In this document: in pieces, positions 36,510 to 46,262 of the stretch
Numbering within the stretch: position 1 is the first letter of the stretch
How the letters are laid out: every line of letters begins with the position of its first letter
Translations under genes and position numbers: made by a program
Source: Blastocatellia bacterium
GTDB taxonomy: Bacteria > Acidobacteriota > Blastocatellia > UBA7656
Length of the DNA: 64,000 nt
NCBI GenBank assembly: GCA_035576605.1
Contig: DATLWF010000196.1
Location: 9,430 to 73,429, forward strand
Direction of reading: 5' to 3'
The notes under the pieces: model-generated
The model's input: only the letters and a program-made list of their open reading frames with translations
Told to the model about the DNA's origin: nothing
Databases searched by the model: none

Positions 36510-38468
36510 CTATACCGCAACTCCGCTTGTGCTGATCGCATATGAGCACGTTTCAGCGCCAAAACTATGCTCTTCGCGATCGAAAAAGCGCCGCTGCCAG
36601 ATTTCAAAGTTGATCAGCGCCCAGACACGCTCCGAATGGTCTTCGCCAGCCCTGTGCCGGCCCACCAGCTCCCTGACAAACTCCTCATCGAAAATCCTTC
36701 GCCTTCTCGCTCGTTCTCCTAAGACGTACTCGTCTACGATGTAACTGAATTCACCTCGCAGCCATCGGCCTATGGGAACTGGAAATCCCATCTTTTTCCG
36801 TGTGACTATTTCCTTAGGTAGAACTCCATTGGTAATGCGGCGCAGGATGTACTTCGTCGTAATCCCCCGAAGCTTCATTGCGACCGGAAGACGCGCCGCA
36901 AACTCGACTAGCTTGTGATCCAGGAAGGGGACGCGGCTCTCAATAGAAGCCGCCATGCTCATTTGGTCCTGCTTCATCAATAGCTCGTGCAGATAGGTCT
37001 TCAAATCAACTGCGAGCAACTGATCAAGCAAGGATTTTGAGTCGCACTCGCCCATGCGATCGAGCCCAACGCGATAGGGATCGCTCGGGCCCATTTTCTC
37101 TCTTGCTTGTGGTGTAAATAATCGCTGCTGCATCGACCGCGAAAAAACGGAGAAATTATCAAAATAGATATCTTCAATGTCGGGATTCAGGCATAGAAAT
37201 GTTCGGCTGAGCTTTCCTCTGACATGCGATGTGGCGCTCATGTTTTCGATTGCATTTTTGACATGATCGCGAAGGCTCTCAGGCGCCGCTCGGTTGTAAG
37301 CCCGGCCGAGCGCGACGTTAAAGATGGTCCGCCGGTACTTCTCGTACCCGCCAAGCAACTCGTCGCTCCCCTCGCCGGTCAGCACCACCTTTACGTGTTC
37401 CGCGGCAAGCTTGGAAACGAAATAGAGCGGCACGCTTGAAGGATGAGCAATCGGCTCATCCTCTTGATAGACGAGGCCCGGGAGCGCTTCGAAGAACTGA
37501 GCCGGACTCACGATGATTTCATAATGTTGGGTTGCAAACGCACGGGAGACTGCGCGCGCATAAACCAGCTCGTTTGCTTCTCGCTCAGCAAAAGCTACAG
37601 AAAAAGTTTTTATCGGCTCCAGCACCATCCTGCTCATCGCCGCCGCGATGGCGCTCGAATCGATGCCGCCCGACAGGAACATTCCAAGCGGCACGTCAGC
37701 CATCAGTCTAAGATTTACTGACTCGTAAAACAGTTCTCTGAATCGCTCAATGTATTCAGATTCACTTAAAGGCGCGGCATCCTTGGCGAAGCTCACCTCC
37801 CAGTACGGGTTAATTTCGACCTGTCCATCTTGCCAGGTCAAAGTGTGGCCCGGCGGCAATCGCTTCACGTGCCGAAACAATGTGTCTTCACCGGAGGTCG
37901 AACGATTCGCCGCGTAATCTGCCAGTGCGTCGTATTGGAGTTCAGGCTTAACTGCGCCGGATTCGATGATCGACTTAATTTCAGACGCGAAGTAGATCGC
38001 GCCGTCCGCGGTGATCGTGTAATACAGCGGCTTGATTCCCAGGCGGTCACGTGCCAGGAGAAGCCGGCTGCGAGCGGAATCCCAAATAGCAAATGCAAAC
38101 ATTCCGCGCAGGTGTTCGACTGCGCGAGCGCCGTGCTCTTCGTAGAGATGAATGATCGTCTCCGTGTCGCACGTGGTTCGATACGTGTGCCCGCGCTGCT
38201 TCAAACCGGGCCGAAGATCTCGATGGTTATAGACTTCACCGTTGTAACTGATCCAAATAGTCTGATCTTCATTGGGCATTGGTTGATGCCCGGCGGCTAT
38301 ATCGACGATCGAAAGGCGACGATGGCCAAGTCCCGCCTGAGAATCCATGAATAGCCCGGCGTCGTCCGGCCCGCGATGTGCCAGAGCGTCCCGCATACGA
38401 ATGAGCAACGATTCACCGATGCGGCGGTCTGAATTCTTTGGTACGGCGACGCCGCAGATTCCGCACAT
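36510..38468 (-). CDS. Asparagine synthetase-family amidotransferase 2 (AsnB-like)
   Basis: MCGICGVAV N-terminus, SGGIDSS PP-loop. ATG 38468 overlaps the TGA of the upstream gene (ATGA). Confidence 0.85.
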   Translation of the reverse strand: MCGICGVAVPKNSDRRIGESLLIRMRDALAHRGPDDAGLFMDSQAGLGHRRLSIVDIAAGHQPMPNEDQTIWISYNGEVYNHRDLRPGLKQRGHTYRTTCDTETIIHLYEEHGARAVEHLRGMFAFAIWDSARSRLLLARDRLGIKPLYYTITADGAIYFASEIKSIIESGAVKPELQYDALADYAANRSTSGEDTLFRHVKRLPPGHTLTWQDGQVEINPYWEVSFAKDAAPLSESEYIERFRELFYESVNLRLMADVPLGMFLSGGIDSSAIAAAMSRMVLEPIKTFSVAFAEREANELVYARAVSRAFATQHYEIIVSPAQFFEALPGLVYQEDEPIAHPSSVPLYFVSKLAAEHVKVVLTGEGSDELLGGYEKYRRTIFNVALGRAYNRAAPESLRDHVKNAIENMSATSHVRGKLSRTFLCLNPDIEDIYFDNFSVFSRSMQQRLFTPQAREKMGPSDPYRVGLDRMGECDSKSLLDQLLAVDLKTYLHELLMKQDQMSMAASIESRVPFLDHKLVEFAARLPVAMKLRGITTKYILRRITNGVLPKEIVTRKKMGFPVPIGRWLRGEFSYIVDEYVLGERARRRRIFDEEFVRELVGRHRAGEDHSERVWALINFEIWQRRFFDREEHSFGAETCSYAISTSGVAV

Positions 38469-41038
38469 CAGTTGATCGCCTCGTTCGCGTTATTGACCAA
38501 ATTCCAACTTGACTCAGCGCCGGCTAATAGAGAAGCGGGCTGGGATACTTCGAAGGCCGCGCCGTTGATTAGTCCCTTTCGGACGTGCTCGCCAACCCCT
38601 ATGTCAAAAGCTCCCCCGTTAATTGAGCCCACAAGTCGATCCGGCGTGCGACGTAGTGAGCAATGATCGACGGGAGCTGCAGCGCGAAATGCGAATCCAT
38701 CGCTTGTTTCGAATCTGTGCCCGCGTATTATGAATCCGCGTGCGAAGGCGTCATTCTCGAATCGCCCCCAGGCGAACTCACACGCAGCAGCGATCGGCCC
38801 GCATTTGACTTGTCTTCCATCGGTATTAATCAGCACAACATCACCCGTAGCACCGGAGACAACTTGAAAACCGCGAGCCGCTGCGAAATCAACCGGCTGG
38901 CGGCCTATGGTGATTGATTGGGCGGCGTCGTAAGCGGGAACGATGAAAGTCGTAAATTCCTGGGGGCCCTTCTCCCGGGCTTCGAAGGCGACGACCAGCG
39001 ACGGCTCGCGCTGACCGTACGCGCGTGACGACCAGCACCTGGTTATCTGCGCCCTTATCATCGAGGGTCCGAAGACAGCGATGTTCAATCTAGCCCCTCC
39101 TGGCTGGGTCACTGTCACCTGGTTCTCGATCGCAAACGCCGAACAACCGGGCGTTAGGTGATACCTGATAACGTACTCATGCAGTCCCGATGCGATGAAT
39201 GTATCGCGCACGATCAAATATGACGGCAGCAAATCAGACGAGTCGCGGCGTGCACCCGTTTTTGGATTTATGACTACGCGAGTGTGCGTGACCGGATCAG
39301 GCAGTCGCTTGTAACCGTCGTGTGAAGCCTCGAGGTAGTCGAAGCCCTCTCCGATGATGAAATCACTCAGGTATGTGTTGGCGATATGCTTCCACGAAAA
39401 AGGCCCGGCGGTAACTGATTGAGACTTGCCGTCAACTGTCGCCGTGTTGTGTGCTTGAGTTGAACGAAACCAGTCCCGTAAATCGGGGTCCGCGGTGTAG
39501 GTGAACGTTCCTGGATCTTTGATCCAGGTCTTACCGAGCGCGCTAAACTCGATCGACAGAGCGTCTGCGTGAGCATGAGCGCATGCGAGCGAGCCGTGAG
39601 GTCCGCAATCAATTAACGCATAGCTTGAATCGTCCGACCATCCGTCGCGCATGACTGCGTAGCCGCTCTCTCGAAAAATGCGTGATGACGTGCGCGGCTC
39701 TGCGATTTGAATCTCATCATAGCGAGTCAATCCATCAGGGCCGAGAAGCCAAAGCATTTCGACCGCCGCAGGCCCGGCGACTCGCTTCCAATCGCTCCGG
39801 CCGTATACAGCGGCTGCGGTCGCCAGGGTATCGCGGAAATCGTCCGGCTCGCGCACCCCCAGAATCAGCAGCCGCCCCCCGTCGTCGTCGCCCACCAGCG
39901 GCGATGAACCATCCGGCCGCGTGATCCACATCAGGTGCGTAATCACTTTCGCGAGGTTCTCTTCTATTTCCGCAGGAAGATCAATGTTGCTGGCGCGAGC
40001 GAGGATCAGCAAATGGGTGTAAAAATCCGCCGTGTAGCGGTGATAGTAAGTCGCTTGCTCGAAGTAGACACCATCGCTGCGGATCTGACGCGAGAATTCG
40101 TCCAGCATTATCCCGAGGCCAACATTTCTCCAGATCTCGGCGCATTGCAGGTCCTGCAGCACGATCCCAAGATAAAACAACCCCAGCGCCTCGCCCGTGA
40201 GGTGGGTGTTTGGGCTGAAGTAGTGCGATAGGTAGGCCTGAAGATGAAGCCCGTGCGCAAGAAGATTCTTGAGCAACCGCAATTCGAATTGCGCCGTTAG
40301 ACGCGATGACCCTGCAAAAAGGTGAAGTGCCCACAGCCACGCGATCGATCGAAACGCCAATTCGAGACTGCTCACCCAATTGATGCCGCGTTTCGGAGGG
40401 TTGGCGTCCATCCACGATGTGGCCTGAGCGATAAACGATTCGGCGTACCTCTCGTCATTAGTCAGCCAATACGCCTGGCCGAGCGTCACGAAATGCTGAT
40501 GCCGGTTCAACTCCCAGGTTATCTTCTTGTCGCCAGCCACCGCCGGATCGAGATAATTGATTTTGCTCCAATGAACGAGCGGGCCACGCTTGCTTGAAAT
40601 CGGCTCCAGAAGCCAATCTGGAGGGTCCCCGAAGCTGAGGTCCTTGAATCCCAGGAGGTCGAAGCGCCCCTGGATTGCGCTTTCGGCCCGATCGATTATG
40701 TCTTGTCGCTCCTGTTGGAATCGCCGCTGCATTATGGCGACCGTCTCCTCCCGGCGACGGAGCGACCGGAAGAAAGACTGGGAAATCGAATCGGCATCAG
40801 AATCAATGGGGGTATAAGCTCGATCTACGATCGAAGCGGCGGTCGCTTCAACAGAGCCCAGGACCTTGTCCGGTTTGATGTGACCAAGAAATGTCCGGTC
40901 GCTCATCTCGCCTTCCGACAACCCGAAGAGACGCTCGCCGAGCTTCGAGAGTTCTTGCCGGCCGCGAACCCGCAGCTCCCTCATGCTCTTTCCGCGTAGC
41001 CTCTTCAGTTGTGCAAGTCCTGATGGCATGTGCTGCAT
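38468..41038 (-). CDS. Heparinase II/III-like (alginate-lyase-fold) protein with about 250-aa C-terminal extension
   Basis: WELNRHQHFVTLGQAYWLTNDERY and surrounding alpha/alpha-toroid region, then a beta-rich region. 856 aa is longer than typical family members. Confidence 0.55.
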   Translation of the reverse strand: MQHMPSGLAQLKRLRGKSMRELRVRGRQELSKLGERLFGLSEGEMSDRTFLGHIKPDKVLGSVEATAASIVDRAYTPIDSDADSISQSFFRSLRRREETVAIMQRRFQQERQDIIDRAESAIQGRFDLLGFKDLSFGDPPDWLLEPISSKRGPLVHWSKINYLDPAVAGDKKITWELNRHQHFVTLGQAYWLTNDERYAESFIAQATSWMDANPPKRGINWVSSLELAFRSIAWLWALHLFAGSSRLTAQFELRLLKNLLAHGLHLQAYLSHYFSPNTHLTGEALGLFYLGIVLQDLQCAEIWRNVGLGIMLDEFSRQIRSDGVYFEQATYYHRYTADFYTHLLILARASNIDLPAEIEENLAKVITHLMWITRPDGSSPLVGDDDGGRLLILGVREPDDFRDTLATAAAVYGRSDWKRVAGPAAVEMLWLLGPDGLTRYDEIQIAEPRTSSRIFRESGYAVMRDGWSDDSSYALIDCGPHGSLACAHAHADALSIEFSALGKTWIKDPGTFTYTADPDLRDWFRSTQAHNTATVDGKSQSVTAGPFSWKHIANTYLSDFIIGEGFDYLEASHDGYKRLPDPVTHTRVVINPKTGARRDSSDLLPSYLIVRDTFIASGLHEYVIRYHLTPGCSAFAIENQVTVTQPGGARLNIAVFGPSMIRAQITRCWSSRAYGQREPSLVVAFEAREKGPQEFTTFIVPAYDAAQSITIGRQPVDFAAARGFQVVSGATGDVVLINTDGRQVKCGPIAAACEFAWGRFENDAFARGFIIRGHRFETSDGFAFRAAAPVDHCSLRRTPDRLVGSINGGAFDIGVGEHVRKGLINGAAFEVSQPASLLAGAESSWNLVNNANEAIN

Positions 41039-41053
41039 CGCTCCCGCGAAACG

Positions 41054-42256
41054 TCAGTTGATATCTCCACTTCCCGCTCTGGCCGCCGCCATTTGATCGT
41101 TGGATTGATTTTCACGTAAGGGCTCCCAGACGACGTGGGACTCGCCGCGGATGCGCTTCAAGAAAGCTACGATGATCGCGGCGTTAGCCAGCACGAAGTA
41201 ATACGGGAGCCCCAACGGCCCGACCTTTGCGCCAACGCTCTCGAGCATCCAACCGGCCACCGCCGAAGCGTAGAACGCGGCCTGCAACGCCATCGTGATT
41301 TGATAAAGCCCTGATTGATTCACGATCACCAGATTTGCAATCAACGCCACGAGCAGAAGCGCGGAGACCGAATATCGCAGAACCTTGTGCGAGAGCATTT
41401 GAAACGCAAACATCCCGTGGCGGCGAATGTTGAGCACTTCGCGATATCGACTCAGAGCGCTCATCGTCTGTTCCATTATTCTCACCCGCATCCGAAATTC
41501 GTCGCGGCTCCGATTGTTTGTGTCCTCAATGGCGACTGCCTCACGCTCATCGACCGTTCTGAGCCCCTTGATATGAATCTCCGACGCAATCACGAAGTCG
41601 CTGCACATATCTTGTTCGAGCGGCGTGTAGCTGGTTCGGCGGACTGCGTACAGACAACCAGTGACGCCTATTAGCGAGCCGAGCCGGCTCTCCGATTCGC
41701 GAAGGAATTCTTCATAACTCCAGTAGGAACGGCAGCCGCCCCCAACCGATGTCTTCGAGCGATCAACGTAGACGAGTTGACTGCTGACGCAGCCGACCTC
41801 CGGGTCTGCGAAGGAGCGAACGATCTTGAGCAGCGCGTCGCGACGATAACGGGTCGTTGCATCGGTGAAGACCAGAACATCCCCTGATGAGGCCTCCACC
41901 GCGCTGTTTTGAGCCATCGTCTTGCCTAGCCGCTCGTGCTGGCGATGCAGTATTACGCCGCGGTGCGCGTATCCGCGGACGATGTCATCCGTGCCGTCAG
42001 TGGACCCATCGCTCGCAACGATGATCTCCAGGTTCTCTGCGGGATAATCCAGCGCGAGGGTGTCTTCGATCTTCATCGCGATATCGCGTGCCTCGTTATA
42101 GGCGGCGATGATGATCGATACCCTGGGGGTAATATCACGCTTGCAAACAGGCCGCGCGCGCAGATGGCTCAGAAGGAAGATGGCTGCAGGATACCCGACG
42201 CAAGCGTAAGCGATCAGCCCCAGCGACAAAATGAAGATTATCTCGACCTGAGTCAC
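41054..42256 (-). CDS. Membrane-bound glycosyltransferase family 2
   Basis: IIIAAYNEARDIAMKIEDTLALDYP...ASDGSTDGT...DAT. N- and C-terminal TM helices. GTG start. Confidence 0.75.
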   Translation of the reverse strand: MTQVEIIFILSLGLIAYACVGYPAAIFLLSHLRARPVCKRDITPRVSIIIAAYNEARDIAMKIEDTLALDYPAENLEIIVASDGSTDGTDDIVRGYAHRGVILHRQHERLGKTMAQNSAVEASSGDVLVFTDATTRYRRDALLKIVRSFADPEVGCVSSQLVYVDRSKTSVGGGCRSYWSYEEFLRESESRLGSLIGVTGCLYAVRRTSYTPLEQDMCSDFVIASEIHIKGLRTVDEREAVAIEDTNNRSRDEFRMRVRIMEQTMSALSRYREVLNIRRHGMFAFQMLSHKVLRYSVSALLLVALIANLVIVNQSGLYQITMALQAAFYASAVAGWMLESVGAKVGPLGLPYYFVLANAAIIVAFLKRIRGESHVVWEPLRENQSNDQMAAARAGSGDIN

Positions 42257-42276
42257 TTACTCACCCAACCTCTCGG

Positions 42277-43794
42277 TTACGATCTCGCCCGGGCCGGCAT
42301 GGTCTTCGCGGAAACCCGTGGTTTATCTCTCCAAATAATGCCGCGCGGCCGGGCCGGTTTGTTCGGCGACGCGGTTATGCGCTCGGCTGCGGTAACGGAA
42401 TTCACCTGCTCCGCGGCGTATATCCGACGGAGCACAATCGCGTAGGCGACAGGATAGTAAAGAAACCATTGATACTGAATTGACCCAAAGAAACTGCAAA
42501 CGATGTAGGCGAAAAGCACCCCTTGCATCGCGATGCACAGGAAATAAGTCTCGCGTGAGCGGTTCCGACGGGGATCGTTAGCCCCGACGCTCGAGCCTTG
42601 ATCTGCTATTTCGCGCTCAATCTTTCGCAAGGACCGCAACGGCGCAAAGATGAGCAGCAGATAGGCCGCCAGGCCAGCCAGCCCCAGCTCCGCAGCTATC
42701 TCGAGGTAAGAGTTATGAGCCACTTGTTCGTGAATCGAATAGATGTGAAAATTGCCCATTCCGATTCCGATTAACGGGTGATGAATTGCGACATCCACTG
42801 CTCGATCAAGCAAATCGCGACGCGCCTGACTTGAACCGGTGGGGTCTTCTCCGATGTTGAACATCGAAGTTATCCGGCCGGCATACCCGCCCGGCATTGC
42901 TAGAACAAATACGCCGAAGATCACGGCGAACGCCAAAGCGGCTACCGCCCGATTCTGACGGCCGGCTTTCCATAACAGCACGCCGCCCATCGCAGCGAGC
43001 CCCAGAAAGCCGCCGCGCGAAAACGTAACAATCACGCCCGCCACCAGGATTGCGCCGCATCCGAAATAGAGCGCGCGCTTGAGTCCTTTGCTCGTCAAGG
43101 CCAGCGCGACCGCGAGCGGCAGCAGCAAATCGAGGCTCGTCGCCAGATCATTCGGATTACCAAAGAAGCCCCCGACCGCTCCAGCTATCCTCAACCCGAC
43201 GACGCCCACATCCTTCTTCTCGACTACCGTGAAATCTCCTACCAGGTAACTCTTAATCGCCAGAGCAGCGAATATAGTCCCGCATACGACCACGAGATTC
43301 ATCATCGAACGCAACCGCTCTCGGGTTGTTACTACATTCACCATAAGCACGAAGATAATCACCACCTTGATGAACATATCGAGGAGCAAGTCAACGCTAT
43401 CCATCGGCGCGGCCGCCACCGGCGCGAACAACACCCCCAGCAATGTAATGACTCCCAGCAGCTTTAGCTCAGTCGGCAGAATCGTCAGGCGTTCGCCGCT
43501 TCCGAGTTGCGACACCAGATAAGCGAGCACTGCTACGACAGCGACGATTCTCGAAAGCGGAAACGTTCCCAGCACCTCAGGAAACATCTCATTTGGCCGA
43601 ACGTAGAGCAGCAGCGTGAACAGAAACAAACCGGCGAACGCAATCCGATGCGCACTGCGCGATTTGTTAATCGGGCCCGCCATCAGACCGGTTCTCAAAC
43701 GCCGCGCTCCAATTGAGCGTGCGTCCGCATCGTCAGCGATTTGCTGCCTGCTAACTGAGGGGATCGGGTTAATGGGCTTGCTCATGTCGCTCAT
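42277..43794 (-). CDS. O-antigen ligase/Wzy-like polymerase family membrane protein
   Basis: TFSRGGFLGL and HNSYLEIAAELGLAGL (Wzy_C signatures), multiple TM. ATG 43794 preferred over the TTG at 43848, which overlaps the deacetylase gene. Confidence 0.7.
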   Translation of the reverse strand: MSDMSKPINPIPSVSRQQIADDADARSIGARRLRTGLMAGPINKSRSAHRIAFAGLFLFTLLLYVRPNEMFPEVLGTFPLSRIVAVVAVLAYLVSQLGSGERLTILPTELKLLGVITLLGVLFAPVAAAPMDSVDLLLDMFIKVVIIFVLMVNVVTTRERLRSMMNLVVVCGTIFAALAIKSYLVGDFTVVEKKDVGVVGLRIAGAVGGFFGNPNDLATSLDLLLPLAVALALTSKGLKRALYFGCGAILVAGVIVTFSRGGFLGLAAMGGVLLWKAGRQNRAVAALAFAVIFGVFVLAMPGGYAGRITSMFNIGEDPTGSSQARRDLLDRAVDVAIHHPLIGIGMGNFHIYSIHEQVAHNSYLEIAAELGLAGLAAYLLLIFAPLRSLRKIEREIADQGSSVGANDPRRNRSRETYFLCIAMQGVLFAYIVCSFFGSIQYQWFLYYPVAYAIVLRRIYAAEQVNSVTAAERITASPNKPARPRGIIWRDKPRVSAKTMPARARS

Positions 43795-43804
43795 GACTGC
43801 ATTC

Positions 43805-44821
43805 TCAATTAGAGGCTCCGGCCGCCACTCTTCTACCAGCAATGACAAGGCGATTCTTTACTTGCTCGAATCCGCTGGTGGATTGAAGAAAGCGGGCGAA
43901 ATTGTTGTCTGTGTGCACTCGGCGCAGCCTTAACAGATCGCTGTCAATTCCGTTAAGACCAGCTTCGACCGTTACCGCGCATCTGTAACCGGCGGCGCGG
44001 ACCGCGCGCGCGACGCGCTCGTCGTAATCGCCGTTTGGATAGCAGAAAAGATCGACTTCGCGGTTAAGCATCGCTTCCAGCCGCGAGCGTGAATCACAAA
44101 CTTCCATTCGCAGGCGCCCATCGCTCACTCTGGTCAGTATGGGATGAGTGGCGGTGTGCGAGCCGATTTGCACTCCGGCGGCATCCATCTCGCGCGCCTG
44201 CGCCCAGGAAATCGGCCCAAACTCGGCGGGCGGCGTGCCCGGCAGACGAACGCCGAGCAACGTCGCAATTTCGAAGATGACGTGATCCTTCAGGTCATCG
44301 GGCGCCAGTTTCAGCGCGGAGTTGATCCGTGCCGCAGCTTCCAGACGCAAGGCGGGCCCGTCCAGCTTCAAGCTCAACACGCGATTGTTTATCGTTATGT
44401 CAAGGTTCTCAGTCTTCGAGTGAGTTACCAGAAAGCGCACTTTGTCAGTCCACAGCCATACCTTTCGATCGACAAAATCGGTCACGACAAAAAGCGTGGC
44501 CGGCGCGTTGAACTTGCGAAGAATGGGAAAAGCAATCTCATAAGCATCCCGGTAGCCGTCATCGATCGCGATCGCAGCGATGCCTGCCGGCAGAGCCTGG
44601 CCACGCGACAAATGCTCAGCGACCGTGGCGAGAGGAACAATCCTGTAGCGGGTCGTCAGGTAACGCAGTTGCTCGTCGAATGCGCGGGCGGAAGTTGTCT
44701 CTCCCTCGCCGGAGCGACTGAACCGATGGTAGGTCAGTATCAGCGCCTTGTCCCGATTGGCTATCCGAAAGGGAGTAAAAGCACCCGCAACTCGCATCAG
44801 ATGTAGCATTGTTTTCTTCAT
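43805..44821 (-). CDS. Polysaccharide deacetylase (CE4 family)
   Basis: AIDDGYRDAY...LFVVTD...GSHTATHP motifs. ATG 44821 shares its A with the TGA of the upstream formyltransferase gene (TGATG). Confidence 0.8.
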   Translation of the reverse strand: MKKTMLHLMRVAGAFTPFRIANRDKALILTYHRFSRSGEGETTSARAFDEQLRYLTTRYRIVPLATVAEHLSRGQALPAGIAAIAIDDGYRDAYEIAFPILRKFNAPATLFVVTDFVDRKVWLWTDKVRFLVTHSKTENLDITINNRVLSLKLDGPALRLEAAARINSALKLAPDDLKDHVIFEIATLLGVRLPGTPPAEFGPISWAQAREMDAAGVQIGSHTATHPILTRVSDGRLRMEVCDSRSRLEAMLNREVDLFCYPNGDYDERVARAVRAAGYRCAVTVEAGLNGIDSDLLRLRRVHTDNNFARFLQSTSGFEQVKNRLVIAGRRVAAGASN

Positions 44822-45681
44822 CAATCTCCGCTGTTCGCCCTGTGGGGAAGAGCGTATCCAGCCTGAACTCGACGCCGCTCGCGCAGGCGGCGTCGCAGTT
44901 CATCTTTCTCTCTTTTTGTTGGCAACTTGTATCGCTTGCCGAGGGTGGTGTCTTGCGGGCGCGGTGAGGCCGTACCTTCGGCTATCATTCGCACCGCCTC
45001 GGCCACGAGGTCGGCGCTCGGCGCAGTCAGCTTCTGACGATATTCGTCGATGAATGCTTCGTAATCGAGTTGATGCGAATAGTCATATTCAAGCGGCACT
45101 GTCCGCTGCACGATGATGTCGCCGGTATCAACTTTCGACGCGACGAAGTGCACCGTTAATCCAACTTCGCGCTCTCCGTTGGTTAATTCCCAGAAGACGG
45201 ACGGGCCGCCGCGATAATAAGGCGCAAGACCCTGGTGTAAGTTGATTGAACCGAGCCGCGGAATTTTGAACACCGATTCCCTGAGGATGTTTGTTCCAAG
45301 GACTATTCCCAGATCAGAATTGGCGGCCCGCATCAGGGCTATCGAGTGTTCGTCATGATAATTGGCGACGAAATGCACCGGTATGCCATTCTCATTTGCC
45401 ATTTCTCGCAGTTGATTGCGGCCGTGTGTAAGCGCCCTGATGCCCTCATCATACAGGCCGCTCATTCCGAGCATCTTGCGCGCGAACTTTCCGGCGGTGG
45501 CGGCATAACCGTCGTAGCGGATTGATCGAGCGATTTTTTGACGCAGGCTTCGGTGGCGGAGAATATCGGTTTCGATGAATATGGATGAAAGTTCCGCGCA
45601 ATCAAGGTCCAGCAGCCTTCTGATTGCGAGCTCGCATCCCCCCTGAGTCAACACGATCAAGCGCAGCCTTTCCCGGTTCAT
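44821..45681 (-). CDS. Formyltransferase-family protein (Fmt/PurN-like N-terminal domain)
   Basis: SINLHQGLAPYYRGGPSVFWELTNGE...TVHFVASKVDTGDII. ATG 45681 with RBS GGAGG, overlapping the TGA of the upstream HTH gene (ATGA). Confidence 0.7.
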   Translation of the reverse strand: MNRERLRLIVLTQGGCELAIRRLLDLDCAELSSIFIETDILRHRSLRQKIARSIRYDGYAATAGKFARKMLGMSGLYDEGIRALTHGRNQLREMANENGIPVHFVANYHDEHSIALMRAANSDLGIVLGTNILRESVFKIPRLGSINLHQGLAPYYRGGPSVFWELTNGEREVGLTVHFVASKVDTGDIIVQRTVPLEYDYSHQLDYEAFIDEYRQKLTAPSADLVAEAVRMIAEGTASPRPQDTTLGKRYKLPTKREKDELRRRLRERRRVQAGYALPHRANSGD

Positions 45682-46157
45682 AACCCGTAAGCCTCCGCTA
45701 TTTGCGCGCTCGATTCTTGTCTCTCTTTCGACCCGCGCCGAACCGCGGTCAAGTGGCACAAAATGGCGTAAGCAGGGGCAAGGCTTCGGCCCATCGAGTA
45801 AGCACAGAACGCCAGGCTCGCTATTTCGAACACGGGTCCGGGAATATCGCCGCCGTCCATCTTGCTCAGTTCTGGAAAGAACTCAAACGCATAAGCCCTC
45901 ATCACCAGATCCTGCAGGTCGAATCGATCCATCAGGCCGAACAAGACCTTTGGTGCGACACTCAGTCCGAGCGCAAGTCTAAGCGTGCTTTCAAGGCTCA
46001 AACTGGTGATGATGGAGTTCTGTATCTTCGACAGCAGGCCCTGGTCGAACCCGGTCAACCTGCAAAAGTCCGACTGCTTGAGTTCCAGTTCTTCGAGCCG
46101 GCGGCGTACGAAAATCGCAAGCGGCGTCGGCTTGCTCGCATTTCTCTCATTTCTCAT
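45678..46157 (-). CDS. Small helix-turn-helix protein (XRE-like)
   Basis: LKQSDFCRLTGFDQGLLSKIQN resembles an XRE HTH. ATG 46157. Confidence 0.45.
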   Translation of the reverse strand: MRNERNASKPTPLAIFVRRRLEELELKQSDFCRLTGFDQGLLSKIQNSIITSLSLESTLRLALGLSVAPKVLFGLMDRFDLQDLVMRAYAFEFFPELSKMDGGDIPGPVFEIASLAFCAYSMGRSLAPAYAILCHLTAVRRGSKERQESSAQIAEAYGL

Positions 46158-46262
46158 GGGCCCTCCCACACTGAGCGCTGCATCGAGTTGCGCCGCCAGC
46201 GGCGAGAAATGCGGTTCGCCCACGGCTCCGCTGGTTTGACGATTGCTTCTAATAAACATAGA

